Origin: a virus
Taxonomy: Duplodnaviria; Caudoviricetes
Reading direction: 5' to 3' (one strand)
Virus record (IMG/VR): IMGVR_UViG_2558309062_000001
Location: 1-64,000 of that record
Length of the DNA: 64,000 nucleotides
In this document: one piece after another, positions 16,432 through 26,595 of the stretch
Position numbering within the stretch: position 1 is the stretch's first letter
How the letters are laid out: each line of letters opens with the position of its first letter
Notes under the pieces: generated by a model
Told to the model about the DNA's origin: nothing
Databases searched by the model: none
What the model saw: only the letters and a program-made list of their open reading frames with translations
Position numbers and translations under genes: made by a program

Positions 16432-16941
16432 ATGAGCGAAGAGTCGAAGCGCCTCAAGCAGAACGTCATCGACGCCGTCGTTGGCGGCAACCTTGACCGT
16501 CTTGGTCCAAGCCTGGCCAGCCTCTCGAAGGTTGACCCTGGCGAGTACCTGGCCCTTAGCTGCCAACTGATCGACCCCGATCTGCAGAAGCAAGTGAGCA
16601 CGCTCTGCTGTCTCTCCCTGCCAGAGTTCTTCCACGCTGAAGGCGTTGTGTATGGCGTAGCGTTCACCGGAGCGGGTTGGCCGGACATGTTTATCCGGAA
16701 TGCTCACCCGTCTGGGCGTGGCCTTCCCCTGGAAGATGTACAGCGCGTTGTCGCCGAGACTCGCCGCGAATACGAGTCAGTCGTCTTGAAAAAGGTCGCG
16801 GAGCTGAAAGAGCGTCTGTTCGAGCTTGACTTCTTGCTCAGCGGTCATTCTGTCGTCGATCGCCCCATTGCCAGCTTGGCTCGCACGGATCTGACCAAGG
16901 GCCAGGCCCTGCTTGTCGCTGCGATCACCGCCAACAATTAA
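16432..16941 (+). CDS. Moron-like protein (169 aa) with Acb2-like C-terminal helical motif
   Basis: GGAG SD; C-terminus DRPIASLARTDLTKGQALLVAAIT. Confidence 0.6.
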   Translation: MSEESKRLKQNVIDAVVGGNLDRLGPSLASLSKVDPGEYLALSCQLIDPDLQKQVSTLCCLSLPEFFHAEGVVYGVAFTGAGWPDMFIRNAHPSGRGLPLEDVQRVVAETRREYESVVLKKVAELKERLFELDFLLSGHSVVDRPIASLARTDLTKGQALLVAAITANN

Positions 16942-16971
16942 CCACCGCTCCCCGCAACGGGAGGAATCGAG

Positions 16972-17295
16972 ATGCCGAACATGCCAGAAAAGGACCCGGG
17001 CCTGTGGGCCGCTGTGCTCGCATGGTTGATCGCGCATCAGCCACAGCTCTACACCGGCGGCATTGCTGCTGCGGTGGCGATGTGTCGCGTCATCTATGGC
17101 GGAGGCCGAGGTCGAAAGATCTTCTTGGAAGGCGCGATCTGCGGGCTGATCGCGATCAGCCTGTTGCCGGTGCTGGAGTACTTCGCTTTGCCGCCCAACC
17201 TTTCTGTATTTGCCGGCTGCATGGTTGGCTTCATGGGTGTGGAGAAGCTGCGCGACTACTCCGACCGATTCATGAGCAAGAAGGTGGAGGGCTGA
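16972..17295 (+). CDS. Holin, lambda family
   Basis: MPNMPEKDP start, three TM helices, EGAICG, GFMGVEKLR. Confidence 0.9.
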   Translation: MPNMPEKDPGLWAAVLAWLIAHQPQLYTGGIAAAVAMCRVIYGGGRGRKIFLEGAICGLIAISLLPVLEYFALPPNLSVFAGCMVGFMGVEKLRDYSDRFMSKKVEG

Positions 17296-17298
17296 TCA

Positions 17299-17517
17299 AT
17301 GAAGAACGCCGAGCAATCCCGTCTCAACTACCTGATGACATCGCGTCCTCTCATCGTCAAACGCAATGGGTTGCACTACTGCCTTCACGATGCCTTCAGC
17401 GGCGAAGTGCTGGCAGGTCAAGTCCAGGTCCGCCTGGTGCAAAACCCCAACGAGGTCGCGCGGCTGATCGTCGAGTTCAACTGTGATGGCACTCACGTCC
17501 GACTGGATGGCGAGTGA
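17299..17517 (+). CDS. Small hypothetical protein
   Basis: GGAGG SD, in late-operon orientation. Confidence 0.6.
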   Translation: MKNAEQSRLNYLMTSRPLIVKRNGLHYCLHDAFSGEVLAGQVQVRLVQNPNEVARLIVEFNCDGTHVRLDGE

Positions 17518-17577
17518 TGGCCTGCAGCGGATGCGCCGCCCGGCGCGAATGGATCAACAAATGGATGAAGGTGGCAC

Positions 17578-17757
17578 GTGAACGAGCAAGCAATCTCTTT
17601 GCTCCAGCAGATCCTGGACCAGCACCAGAAGCAGACCAGCCTGCTCGAACAGATCGCGACCCAGAACCTCGCGCTGATCGAAGCGCTGGCGGATGAAGGC
17701 AGCGTCGATCCCGATGGCTCGCCTCAGACTTACCTGAATGGTGCGCCATGCCGATGA
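17578..17757 (+). CDS. 59-aa coiled-coil protein before the HNH gene, absent from the ORF track
   Basis: GTG start; NEQAISLLQQILDQHQKQTSLLEQIATQNLALIEALAD...TYLNG. Confidence 0.55.
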   Translation: MNEQAISLLQQILDQHQKQTSLLEQIATQNLALIEALADEGSVDPDGSPQTYLNGAPCR

Positions 17758-18119
17758 GACCTCAGCGCCCGTGCCGGGCCTCAGGGTGCAGAGCACTGCA
17801 CCGCAACGGCAATGGATACTGCGATGGCCATGCCGACCTGGCTGCCGAGCAGGCCAAGGCTTGGGCGACCCGCAAGGGATCAGGCCGTGGCGGTCGCCCC
17901 TGGCGCCGCAAGCGTGAGCGAATCCTGAAGCGAGATCAGTACCTCTGCCGTTGTGATGAGTGCACCCAGCTCGGTCGTATTCGAGAAGCACATGAGGTGG
18001 ACCACATCGTGGCCCTGGCCAATGGCGGCGCGGACGATGACGATAACCTTCGGGCGATCAACCGCGACTGCCACAAGGAGAAGACGCAGCGGGAGTCGCG
18101 ACGAGGGGGAGGGGTATAG
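17748..18119 (+). CDS. Terminase-associated HNH endonuclease (HK97 gp74-like)
   Basis: RDQYLC...VDHIV...GG...NLRAINRDCH.EKT; adjacent to terS. Confidence 0.9.
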   Translation: MPMRPQRPCRASGCRALHRNGNGYCDGHADLAAEQAKAWATRKGSGRGGRPWRRKRERILKRDQYLCRCDECTQLGRIREAHEVDHIVALANGGADDDDNLRAINRDCHKEKTQRESRRGGGV

Positions 18120-18195
18120 CAAAAGTTCCAGCCTTTTCGCTCGGACACCGCGCCCTCAGTCGTTTTTTTACACCCGCGAAATTAAAAATTCAGGA
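18100..18195. other. Putative cos region
   Basis: Gap between HNH and terS with a G-run, a CCGCGCCC core and a T-run, the usual place of cos in HK97-like phages. Confidence 0.5.
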
Positions 18196-18203
18196 GTTGC
18201 GCG

Positions 18204-18689
18204 ATGGGAGGCACCGCCAAGGTCGCCGGCCGTGGTCGCAAACCCAAGCCGACGGCGAAGAAAGAGCTAGCCGGCAACCCCGGAAAACGGGCCTTGAACA
18301 AGGCTGAGCCGCAGTTCTCCACCATCACCAACGTGGATCCGCCAGACTGGCTCAGCGAGCGAGCAGCCACGATGTGGAAGATGCTGGTGCCCGAGCTGCT
18401 GCGCGAAAACGTCATCGCGCTGACTGACCTGCACAACGTCGAGGCTTTCTGCACCGCTTACAGCAACTGGCGAATGGCCCAGGAAGCGGTCGACCAGTTC
18501 GGCCCAGTAGTTGAATCGTCGCAAGGCAGCCCGATGAAGAATCCTGCGCTTACCGCAGCCAACGAGGCGATGCGTCAGATCGTGACGTTCGGTTCGATGC
18601 TCGGCCTGGACCCGGCCAGTCGCACGCGGATCATCGGCGGCAACAAGCAGAAATCCACCAACGAGTTCGCAGCCCTACTGAGTTCCTGA
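18204..18689 (+). CDS. terS: Terminase small subunit (P27 family)
   Basis: [17 protein letters not shown]...KNPA...GLDPASR. Confidence 0.93.
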   Translation: MGGTAKVAGRGRKPKPTAKKELAGNPGKRALNKAEPQFSTITNVDPPDWLSERAATMWKMLVPELLRENVIALTDLHNVEAFCTAYSNWRMAQEAVDQFGPVVESSQGSPMKNPALTAANEAMRQIVTFGSMLGLDPASRTRIIGGNKQKSTNEFAALLSS

Positions 18690-20413
18690 TGGCCAGAGCC
18701 AAGTACACCAACGTCGACAAGGCGATGGCGTGGGCAAAGTCCGTCCTCAAGGGCAAGTTCCCGGCATGTCGCTTCATCCACCAGGCAATCGAGCGGCACT
18801 TCGATGATGTGGCGGCCAGCCGCTCGAAGGACTACCCCTACAAGTTCGACCCGGCCAAGGCCGAGAAGAAGCTGCGCCTCATGCAGCTGCTGCCACACAC
18901 CAAGGGCGAGTGGGCGTTCAAGCGACAGCTAATCACTCTCGAGCCTTGGCAGCTTTTCGGCCTGGCCTGCACCTTTGGCTGGGTCCGGAAGAAGGGCGGA
19001 TACCGGCGCTTCCGTGAGAGCTACTGGGAAGTTCCGCGCAAGAACGGCAAGTCGGTGATCGCCGCCGGCGTAGGCATCAGCATGTTCGTTGCCGACAATG
19101 AATTCGGTGCAGAGGTGTATTCCGGTGCGACGACCGAGGCGCAGGCTTGGGAGGTATTCCGGCCTGCCCGGTTGATGGTCAGCCGATCGCCCATGCTGAT
19201 CGAGGCAGCGGGTATCGAGGTGAACGCCTCGAACATGAACATCCCGTCCAACGGCAGCCGTTTTGAGCCGTTGATTGGGAATCCTGGTGATGGTGCTTCG
19301 CCTTCGTGCGCGATTGTCGACGAGTACCACGAGCACGCCACTGCTGCCCAGTACGACACGATGATCACTGGCATGGGCGCCCGCAGGCAGCCGCTGATGT
19401 TCATCATCACGACCGCCGGTTCGGACATTGAGGGTCCGTGCTATGACAAGCGGCGTCAGGTTATCGAGATGCTGAACGGCACCGTACCTGACGACGAATT
19501 ATTCGGCTATATCTGGACCCTTGACGAGGGTGACGACTGGACTGATCCGAAGAACCTGGCCAAGGCCAATCCCTGCATGGGGGTATCGGTGTTCCAAGAG
19601 TACTTGGAGAGCCAGCTGGCCAGGGCCATCAGGTCGGCCCGCTTCACCAATACCTTCAAGACCAAGCACCTCAACCTGTGGGTGACCGCGAAATCCGGCT
19701 TCTTCAACATGGAAAGTTGGAAGGCCTGCGAGGACAAGACGCTCACTCTTGAGCAGTTCGAGGGGCAGGAGTGGATTGCCGGCTTCGACCTGGCGCGCAA
19801 GCTGGACATGAACTCCAGGGCCCGCCTGTTCTGGCGCGAGATCGACGGAAAGATCCACTACTACAGCGTGGCTCCAGCGTTCTGGGTTCCGGAAGACACG
19901 GCCAACGACGTGGACAACAAGCGCATGACTGAGCGCTTCCAGGCCTGGATCAATACCGGCCATCTAACCGCCACGCCAGGCGCCGAGGTGGATTACCGCG
20001 AAATCCTCGAGGACACCAAGGAAGCCAACAAGCTGGCGCCGATCAGGGAGAGCCCGATCGACCCGCACGGCGCTACGGGCTTGAGTCATGAACTAGATGA
20101 CGAGGGCTTCAACCCGATAACCATCACCCAGAACTACTCCAACATGTCCGATGGCATGAAAGAGCTGGAGGCCGCAATCAAGGCGGGCCGTTTCCACCAC
20201 GACGGAAATCCGATCATGACGTGGTGTATCGGCAACGTTATCGGCAAGAACCTGCCTGGCAATGACGACGTGGTGCGCCCCATTAAGCAGGGGGACGACA
20301 ACAAGATCGACGGTGCTGTCGCGCTGATCATGGCGGTGGGCAGCGTGATGCGTTTGGCTCATTCGCCCAGCAATGACGGCTTCTTCGAAAACCCCATCAT
20401 GGTAGGAATCTAA
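18689..20413 (+). CDS. terL: Terminase large subunit
   Basis: LEPWQ, PRKNGKS, IVDEYH, ITTAG, KIDGAVA. Confidence 0.96.
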   Translation: MARAKYTNVDKAMAWAKSVLKGKFPACRFIHQAIERHFDDVAASRSKDYPYKFDPAKAEKKLRLMQLLPHTKGEWAFKRQLITLEPWQLFGLACTFGWVRKKGGYRRFRESYWEVPRKNGKSVIAAGVGISMFVADNEFGAEVYSGATTEAQAWEVFRPARLMVSRSPMLIEAAGIEVNASNMNIPSNGSRFEPLIGNPGDGASPSCAIVDEYHEHATAAQYDTMITGMGARRQPLMFIITTAGSDIEGPCYDKRRQVIEMLNGTVPDDELFGYIWTLDEGDDWTDPKNLAKANPCMGVSVFQEYLESQLARAIRSARFTNTFKTKHLNLWVTAKSGFFNMESWKACEDKTLTLEQFEGQEWIAGFDLARKLDMNSRARLFWREIDGKIHYYSVAPAFWVPEDTANDVDNKRMTERFQAWINTGHLTATPGAEVDYREILEDTKEANKLAPIRESPIDPHGATGLSHELDDEGFNPITITQNYSNMSDGMKELEAAIKAGRFHHDGNPIMTWCIGNVIGKNLPGNDDVVRPIKQGDDNKIDGAVALIMAVGSVMRLAHSPSNDGFFENPIMVGI

Positions 20414-21813
20414 TGGCGCGCAATAAGAAACCAGGGCGTGTGAAGACCGCACTGCTGGACTGGCTGGGCGTGCCCATCGGTCTCAATACAGGCGCATTCT
20501 GGCAAGAGTGGTTCGGCAGCTCGGCCAGTGGCAAGCACGTCACTGTAGACAAGGCGCTTCAACTGTCTACGGTCTGGGCATGCGTTCGGTTGCTCTCGGA
20601 ATCGGTTTCGACGCTGCCACTCCGGTTCTACCGGCGTCTGCCGGATGGATCGAGGGAGCAGGCGAAGGATCACCCGCTATATCGATTGCTCTGCCGGGTG
20701 CCGAATGCTGAAATGACCCCACAGCGGTTCATGCTGCTGGTAGTGGCAAGCCTGTGCTTGCGGGGCAACGCCTTTGTCGAGAAGAAGATGATCGGCCAGC
20801 GTGTAGTCGCGCTGGTGCCGCTGCTTCCTCAGTGCGTGTCGGTGAAGCGACTGGACAACGGTCGGCTGCAGTACAAGTACAGTGAGAATGGAGTCGAACG
20901 GGAGATCCCCGAGAAAAACCTGATGCACATCCGTGCGTTTGGCCTCGATGGTGTTTGTGGAATGCTCCCCATCACCACAGGCCGCGAGATCCTCGGTTCG
21001 GCAATGTCGGCAGAGGAGGCAGCAGCGAAGGTATTCGCCCAAGGCATGCAAGCGTCAGGCATCCTCAGCAGCGACAACGATTTGAAACCTGCTCAGCGAG
21101 AGCAGCTGCGCGCGAGCCTTACAGCCTTCATGGGTTCGAACAACGCCGGCAAGATCATGGTCGCCGAGGCTGGCCTGAAGTACCAGGGGATCACCATGAA
21201 CCCCGAAGCGGCGCAGATGCTGGAGTCTCGGGCATTCAACGTCGAGGAGATCTGCCGCTGGTTCCGTGTCCCGCCTTTCATGGTTGGGCATATGGACAAG
21301 CAGTCCAGCTGGGCTTCCTCCGTGGAGGCGCAGAACCTGCACTTCCTCACCAACAGCCTGCGTCCGCTCTTGGTCAATATTGAGCAGGAGATCACCCGCT
21401 GCCTCATTGGTGAAGTCGATGCGGACGACTATTTCGCAGAGTTCGCTGTGGAAGGTCTGCTTCGAGCCGATAGTGCCGGCCGTGGCGCCTGGTACAACAC
21501 GGCGCTGCAAAATGGCTGGATGTCTCGCAACGAGGTTCGCCGGCTGGAAAACCTGCCGCCGATCCCAGGCGGCGATACATACACGGTCCAGTCTGCACTG
21601 GTCCCCCTGGATCAGCTCGGAAAGCCGGCGATAGGCGTTTCGCCGGCCGCCTCGGCATTCATGCTTCGGCTGGTCTCGGCGCGTAACAACGACGACCGAG
21701 AGGCCATCAACAAGGCGGTCGAGCTTGCGTCCCAAGCTCTGGAATCCGGAAATCCAGACGGCCCAATGATGGCCCACGCGCTGATATCGATGCCGCTGCT
21801 CAAAGCGGCCTGA
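20413..21813 (+). CDS. Portal protein, HK97 family
   Basis: TVWACVRLLSES...LRGNAF...EICRWFRVPP...NEVRRLENLPP. Confidence 0.95.
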   Translation: MARNKKPGRVKTALLDWLGVPIGLNTGAFWQEWFGSSASGKHVTVDKALQLSTVWACVRLLSESVSTLPLRFYRRLPDGSREQAKDHPLYRLLCRVPNAEMTPQRFMLLVVASLCLRGNAFVEKKMIGQRVVALVPLLPQCVSVKRLDNGRLQYKYSENGVEREIPEKNLMHIRAFGLDGVCGMLPITTGREILGSAMSAEEAAAKVFAQGMQASGILSSDNDLKPAQREQLRASLTAFMGSNNAGKIMVAEAGLKYQGITMNPEAAQMLESRAFNVEEICRWFRVPPFMVGHMDKQSSWASSVEAQNLHFLTNSLRPLLVNIEQEITRCLIGEVDADDYFAEFAVEGLLRADSAGRGAWYNTALQNGWMSRNEVRRLENLPPIPGGDTYTVQSALVPLDQLGKPAIGVSPAASAFMLRLVSARNNDDREAINKAVELASQALESGNPDGPMMAHALISMPLLKAA

Positions 21814-21826
21814 CCTGGAGTAACCC

Positions 21827-22702
21827 ATGACTCTTAAGACACTACCGGCAGCGCCGGCGGTGCGGCCGCACGCGCGCGTCGAATCCGATCTACTGCCCAA
21901 GGCCATGGAGCGCTGGAACCCAGCGATCAAGGCCGCTGCCGGTGACGACGCCACCACCATCACCATGTACGACCCGATCGGTATGGACTGGTGGACGGGC
22001 GAGGGCGTCACCGCCAAGCGCGTCAGTGCCGCTCTGCGCAGCATCGGCGACAAAGACATCACCGTGAAGATCAACAGCCCGGGCGGCGATGTTTTCGAAG
22101 GCTTGGCGATCTACAACCTGCTGCGGGAGCACAAGGGTAAGGTGACCGTCCAGGTGCTTGGCCTGGCTGCCTCCGCTGCGTCGTTTATCGCCATGGCCGG
22201 CGATGAAATCCAGATCGCCCGGGCCGGTTTCATGATGATCCACAACGCCTGGACCATCGCCGCCGGCGACCGCAACGACTTCACCGAGGTCGCGGAATTT
22301 CTCGACCAGATTGATGGAACCCTGGCTGATATCTATTCGGTCAGGACGGGTGACGACATCGCCGCTATGCGCGCTTTGATGGATGTCGAGACATGGATGG
22401 GCGGCAGCACCGCGGTTGAAGCCGGCTTCGCAGATGGCCTCCTGCCTTCGGATGCAGCTCAAGAAGACCTGCAGGCTCTCGCGCCTCAGCAGATCGCCGC
22501 CCGCCGGTTGGACACGATCCTGGCGAAACAGGGTATGCCGCGTTCTGAGCGCCGCGCCCTTATTCAAGAACTCAAAGGGGGTACGCCTGGCGCTGCCTCC
22601 TCCGGTACGCGCACCGCTGCCGACAACCAGGCCGACTTGGCCATCCACTTTGCCGATCTACAGGCCGCGATGTCGCGGTTCTCGGCAGCAGCCCTCAAGT
22701 AA
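21827..22702 (+). CDS. Prohead protease, ClpP-like
   Basis: INSPGGDVFEG, LAASAAS, MMIHN, ETW. Confidence 0.93.
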   Translation: MTLKTLPAAPAVRPHARVESDLLPKAMERWNPAIKAAAGDDATTITMYDPIGMDWWTGEGVTAKRVSAALRSIGDKDITVKINSPGGDVFEGLAIYNLLREHKGKVTVQVLGLAASAASFIAMAGDEIQIARAGFMMIHNAWTIAAGDRNDFTEVAEFLDQIDGTLADIYSVRTGDDIAAMRALMDVETWMGGSTAVEAGFADGLLPSDAAQEDLQALAPQQIAARRLDTILAKQGMPRSERRALIQELKGGTPGAASSGTRTAADNQADLAIHFADLQAAMSRFSAAALK

Positions 22703-22716
22703 CCGGAGAACATCTT

Positions 22717-23931
22717 ATGGCAGATTCCACCGCTGACCTGTTGAAACAGGTATCCGCTGAACTGGAGAAGGCCTCCAGCGACTTCAGCAAAAAAGCCGAA
22801 AACGCCCTGGACGAAGCGAAGAAGGCCGGCGCGCTTTCCGCCGAAACCAAGGCCGCCGTCGACGAGCTGGCGCTCAAGTTCAACTCGCTGACCGAGGCTG
22901 AGAAGCAACTGAAGGCCAAGCTGGGCGAAGTCGAGCAAGAGTTCGCGCGCTTGCCTTCGGCCAGCACCCCGCAAGTCCGTGACAGTCTCGGTGGCGTGGT
23001 GATCAAGAGCGAAGCGCTGAAGCAGTTCGCGGCTAGCGTCGAAGGCGGCAAGCGCGTGAACGTTCCTGTCAGCGCCGCATTGCTGTCCACTGACGTTCCT
23101 GCGGGCATCGTCGAGCCTCAGCGCTTGCCTGGCATCGATACCGCGCCGAAGCAGCGCCTGTTCATCCGCGACCTGATCGCCCCTGGCCGTACCACCGCAC
23201 CGGCCATCTTCTGGGTGCAGCAGACTGGTTTCACCAATGCCGCCAAGGTCGTGGCTGAGGGTACCGCCAAGCCGTATTCCGACATTCAGTTCGCGTCGAA
23301 GCTCACTGCGGTATCGACCATTGCCCACATGTTCAAGGCGTCCAAGCAGATTTTGGACGACTTTGCGCAGCTGGGCTCCACCATCGATGTGGAGATGCGA
23401 TATGGCCTGAAGTACGTCGAAGAGCAGGAAATCCTGTTCGGTGACGGCACCGGCGTGCACTTGCATGGCATCGTGCCCCAGGCATCCGCGTTCACTCCGG
23501 CATTCGCGGTCGAGAACCAATCGGGTATCGACGATCTGCGTCTGGCCATGTTGCAGGCCCAGCTGGCGCGCCTTCCGGCCTCTGGCCATGTCCTGCACTT
23601 CATCGACTGGGCGAAGATCGAGCTGACCAAGGACACCCTGGGCCGTTACATCCTGGCCAACCCGCTGGGCCTGGCTGGTCCGGTCTTGTGGGGCCTGCCT
23701 GTCGTGGCCACCGAGGCTGTCGGATTCCAAGGCAAGTTCCTGACTGGCGCTTTCCAGACCGGCGCTCAGTTGTTCGACCGTGAAGACGCCAACGTGGTGA
23801 TCTCCACCGAGAACGCCGACGACTTCGAGAAGAACCTGATCTCGATTCGCTGTGAAGAGCGTCTCGCCTTGGCGGTGAAGCGTCCAGAGGCGTTCATCTA
23901 CGGCTCCTTCACTGCGCCGACCACCCCGTAA
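22717..23931 (+). CDS. Major capsid protein, HK97 fold
   Basis: Coiled-coil delta domain; EEQEILFGDG; FEKNLISIRCEERL. Confidence 0.95.
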   Translation: MADSTADLLKQVSAELEKASSDFSKKAENALDEAKKAGALSAETKAAVDELALKFNSLTEAEKQLKAKLGEVEQEFARLPSASTPQVRDSLGGVVIKSEALKQFAASVEGGKRVNVPVSAALLSTDVPAGIVEPQRLPGIDTAPKQRLFIRDLIAPGRTTAPAIFWVQQTGFTNAAKVVAEGTAKPYSDIQFASKLTAVSTIAHMFKASKQILDDFAQLGSTIDVEMRYGLKYVEEQEILFGDGTGVHLHGIVPQASAFTPAFAVENQSGIDDLRLAMLQAQLARLPASGHVLHFIDWAKIELTKDTLGRYILANPLGLAGPVLWGLPVVATEAVGFQGKFLTGAFQTGAQLFDREDANVVISTENADDFEKNLISIRCEERLALAVKRPEAFIYGSFTAPTTP

Positions 23932-23975
23932 CCACAGAGCGAGGGCCGCCAGCCTGGCGGTCCTTGGAGGCATTC

Positions 23976-24353
23976 ATGAAGCTGAAAACCCTGAAACCTC
24001 TGTACCTGGGCGGCCAAACGCTGGTGGAGGGCACCCCGTTCGAGACTATCGAGCAGCATGGGCGCCAGTTGATCCAGAAGGGCTATGCCGATCTGGACGA
24101 CTCCGAAGGTGAGGCGGTGGTGACCGTCTCCCAGGAAGATGCAGCCGGCGCTGGCGTGCTGACTTCCGACTCCCTGGGTACCGCTACTGCGACGGCTACG
24201 ACCTTCAAGGCGAAGCACAAGGGTGGCGGCAAGTGGATCGTGGTTGACGTCGAAGGAAATCAGGTCGGCGTATTCTCCGGCAATCAAGAAGCAGCCGTTG
24301 CGGAAGCCGAGCGCTTGGCTGCCGGCGGGAATCCAGCACAGGCCGAGGATTAA
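23976..24353 (+). CDS. Head-associated hypothetical protein
   Basis: Position after the capsid gene; GGAGG SD; LIQKGYA motif. Confidence 0.65.
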   Translation: MKLKTLKPLYLGGQTLVEGTPFETIEQHGRQLIQKGYADLDDSEGEAVVTVSQEDAAGAGVLTSDSLGTATATATTFKAKHKGGGKWIVVDVEGNQVGVFSGNQEAAVAEAERLAAGGNPAQAED

Positions 24354-24356
24354 GCC

Positions 24357-24833
24357 ATGTCCGTGATTGCCATCGATATTGCTATGCACCACCTGCTGGC
24401 CGAACCTGAAGACCAGGTGCTGGTCCAGGCGCAGCTCGATGCGGCGGAGGAGGCGGCGATGCAGTTTCTCAATCGGCGCTTCTACTTGGACCAGGTGGCT
24501 CTCGACGAAGCCCGCGCCGGCGTGCCAGCGGCCATGCAGCAAGCTAAGGAGGCGAACGCAGCCGCGGTCGCTGCCGCTGAGACGGAGCAGGACCACGCCA
24601 TGCGATGCCGTCTGCTTGAACACGCACGCCAGGCGCTGGCGGACGCCTATGATCAGGCAGACGCCATCGCCTACGGCATGGTGGTCAACCCCGCGATCCA
24701 GGCTGCTTGTCTACTGAAGCTGGGCCACCTGTTCGCAAATCGCGAGGAGGTGGTCACCGGTACCATCGCCACTGAGCTGCCGCTTGCCTCCCAGCACCTG
24801 CTGATGCCCTATCGCATCCGGATGGGTGTGTGA
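24357..24833 (+). CDS. Head-tail connector (HK97 gp6-like)
   Basis: IQAACLLKLGHLFANRE...LLMPYR. Confidence 0.88.
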   Translation: MSVIAIDIAMHHLLAEPEDQVLVQAQLDAAEEAAMQFLNRRFYLDQVALDEARAGVPAAMQQAKEANAAAVAAAETEQDHAMRCRLLEHARQALADAYDQADAIAYGMVVNPAIQAACLLKLGHLFANREEVVTGTIATELPLASQHLLMPYRIRMGV

Positions 24834-25174
24834 TGCAGGCCGGCAAGCTCCGGCACCGCATCGACATTCAGGAGCTGGTACAGGTGCGTGACCCGATAAC
24901 CCTGGAGTTCGGAGAACCGGAATGGGTGACCCGCTGGGAGAAATGCCCGGCCCGTGTTGAGCCGTTGTCAGCGCGGGATCTTGTCGCGGCTCAGGCGGCT
25001 CAGTCTGAGGCGACCGCCCGTATGGTGATCCGCTACCGCCCAGGCGTGCTGCCCACCATGCGCATCGTCTACCGCAGCGAGGCGTACAGCATCGAAGGCC
25101 CACCCTTGGAGGACGACAAGTCCGGCCTGGAGTACCTGACGCTTCTGGTGTCGAAGGGGGTAAAGGATGGCTGA
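24833..25174 (+). CDS. Head closure / head-tail adaptor
   Basis: MQAGKLRHRI...IRYRPGV. Confidence 0.88.
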   Translation: MQAGKLRHRIDIQELVQVRDPITLEFGEPEWVTRWEKCPARVEPLSARDLVAAQAAQSEATARMVIRYRPGVLPTMRIVYRSEAYSIEGPPLEDDKSGLEYLTLLVSKGVKDG

Positions 25175-25661
25175 TGGCGTCGAGTTCAGCATCACCGGGC
25201 TGGAAAGCCTGCTGGGGAAGTTGGACGCCGTCAGCTACGACGTTCGCCGCAAGGGCGGCCGGGCCGCATTGCGTAAGGCTGCGCAGGTTGTGATGCAGAA
25301 GGCCAAGGAAGGCGCCGAGCGTATCGACGACAAGGAAACCGGGCGCTCGATCGCCGACAACATCGCCCTGCGCTGGAATGGCCGCTTGTTCAAGCAGACC
25401 GGTGACCTGGGTTTCCGCATCGGCGTGCTGCACGGCGCCGTACTGGCCAAGAAGGGGGAAGCGGTCGACCTATCGACTAATGCGCCCACCCCTCACTGGC
25501 GCCTGATTGAGTTCGGCACCGAGAAGATGGCCGCCGCCCCGTTCATGCGTCCGGCCTTGGCGAACAGCATCGCGGAGGTGACCAACACCTTCGTCTCCGA
25601 ATATGAAAAGTCGATCGATCGCGCCATCCGGCGCGCTGAGAAGAAGGCTGCATCCTCATGA
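25167..25661 (+). CDS. HK97 gp10-like neck protein
   Basis: HWRLIEFGTEKMAAAPFMRPAL. Confidence 0.88.
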   Translation: MADGVEFSITGLESLLGKLDAVSYDVRRKGGRAALRKAAQVVMQKAKEGAERIDDKETGRSIADNIALRWNGRLFKQTGDLGFRIGVLHGAVLAKKGEAVDLSTNAPTPHWRLIEFGTEKMAAAPFMRPALANSIAEVTNTFVSEYEKSIDRAIRRAEKKAASS

Positions 25662-26026
25662 CACCACCGATTGTTCAGGCCTGTTTGGCTTCTCCAGCCG
25701 TTACCGCTTTGCTGGGGGCTGGCGCGGATATGCGGCTCTATTCCTTTAGCGAGGCGCCGGATGGTGTGGCCAAGCCCTATGCCGTGTGGCAACTCGTCAA
25801 CGGATCGCCGGAGAACTACCTCGCCGGACGCCCGGATGTCGACGGGTTCACGCTGCAGATCGACGTGTACGGCACCGCCGGCATCTCGGTGCGCCAGGTG
25901 CGCGATGCCATCCGTGATGCCATCGAGCTGCGCGCCAATATCACCCGCTGGGGCGGCGAAGGCCGTGACCCAACCACCAAGAACTACCGAACCAGCTTCG
26001 ACGTGGACTGGATAGTCCGCCGTTAA
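25658..26026 (+). CDS. Tail terminator (DUF3168-like)
   Basis: PYAVWQ...PENYL...QIDVY; position. Confidence 0.8.
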   Translation: MTPPIVQACLASPAVTALLGAGADMRLYSFSEAPDGVAKPYAVWQLVNGSPENYLAGRPDVDGFTLQIDVYGTAGISVRQVRDAIRDAIELRANITRWGGEGRDPTTKNYRTSFDVDWIVRR

Positions 26027-26056
26027 ATGACGCGGCCGAACCGCAGGAGAAAAATC

Positions 26057-26176
26057 ATGGCGAGCGATAAAAAGCGTGAGGAAGTAAAAAAGGCATCCTC
26101 CGATTGGAGAGTGCTGATGGTTCAGCACCCTCGCTACGGCTACTACTACGCTGCCGGGTTCAAGCTTGGCCAGTGA
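26057..26176 (+). CDS. 39-aa ORF in the tail-region moron
   Basis: AGGAG SD; MASDKKREEVKKASSDWRVLMVQHPRYGYYYAAGFKLGQ. Confidence 0.4.
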   Translation: MASDKKREEVKKASSDWRVLMVQHPRYGYYYAAGFKLGQ

Positions 26177-26405
26177 TGCCGGTGATCAGATTGTCGATGT
26201 AGCCGCTGTACAGGGCATTGTCGATATTAGCCTTGCTATCTGACTTGAGTCGTCCAAGGTCCATCGCGATCGCATGCGCGATCATCGGGTTTCCGGTTGT
26301 CAGCACGCGCCCAAGCGATGCCGTGGCGTCTATGTTGAATGTAATCAGGGTGCGCAGAACCAGCTCTAACTCTTCTACGCGCTGATCAATGGTCTTTTCG
26401 CTCAC
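26160..26405 (-). CDS. Moron protein (81 aa), antisense to the tail operon
   Basis: GAGGAAGG SD; lower GC; inserted between tail terminator and major tail genes. Confidence 0.65.
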   Translation of the reverse strand: MSEKTIDQRVEELELVLRTLITFNIDATASLGRVLTTGNPMIAHAIAMDLGRLKSDSKANIDNALYSGYIDNLITGITGQA

Positions 26406-26527
26406 TTCAGAATTCCTTCCTCATTTGCCCCAGTCCATGGGATTTCCGGCAAAGGACCGGGGCGGATCATTGGAGGCACAACGCTACTACGGAGGTAGCG
26501 CTGCCAGTTACTGGGTTTCCATCCACT

Positions 26528-26543
26528 CTGGATAACCAAACAG
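26528..26543. promoter_or_regulatory. LexA-box-like site upstream of the moron
   Basis: CTG-GATAACCAAA-CAG. Confidence 0.4.
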
Positions 26544-26551
26544 TTCATCCC

Positions 26552-26577
26552 AGCCCGCCAAGTGCGGGCTTTTCTTT
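26552..26577 (+). terminator. Intrinsic terminator
   Basis: AGCCCGC/GCGGGCT followed by TTTCTTT. Confidence 0.65.
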
Positions 26578-26595
26578 GCCCGACAGGAGACCACC

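Noticed and set aside
16972-16983. Lambda-type holin/antiholin dual start
   Set aside because: Met-Pro-Asn-Met lacks the basic residue that defines the lambda S107 antiholin; unsupported
22564-23973. Long antisense ORFs (469 aa here; also 21055..22074, 29314..30222, 33234..34298)
   Set aside because: Shadow frames of GC-rich genes on the opposite strand; no SD or recognisable domain
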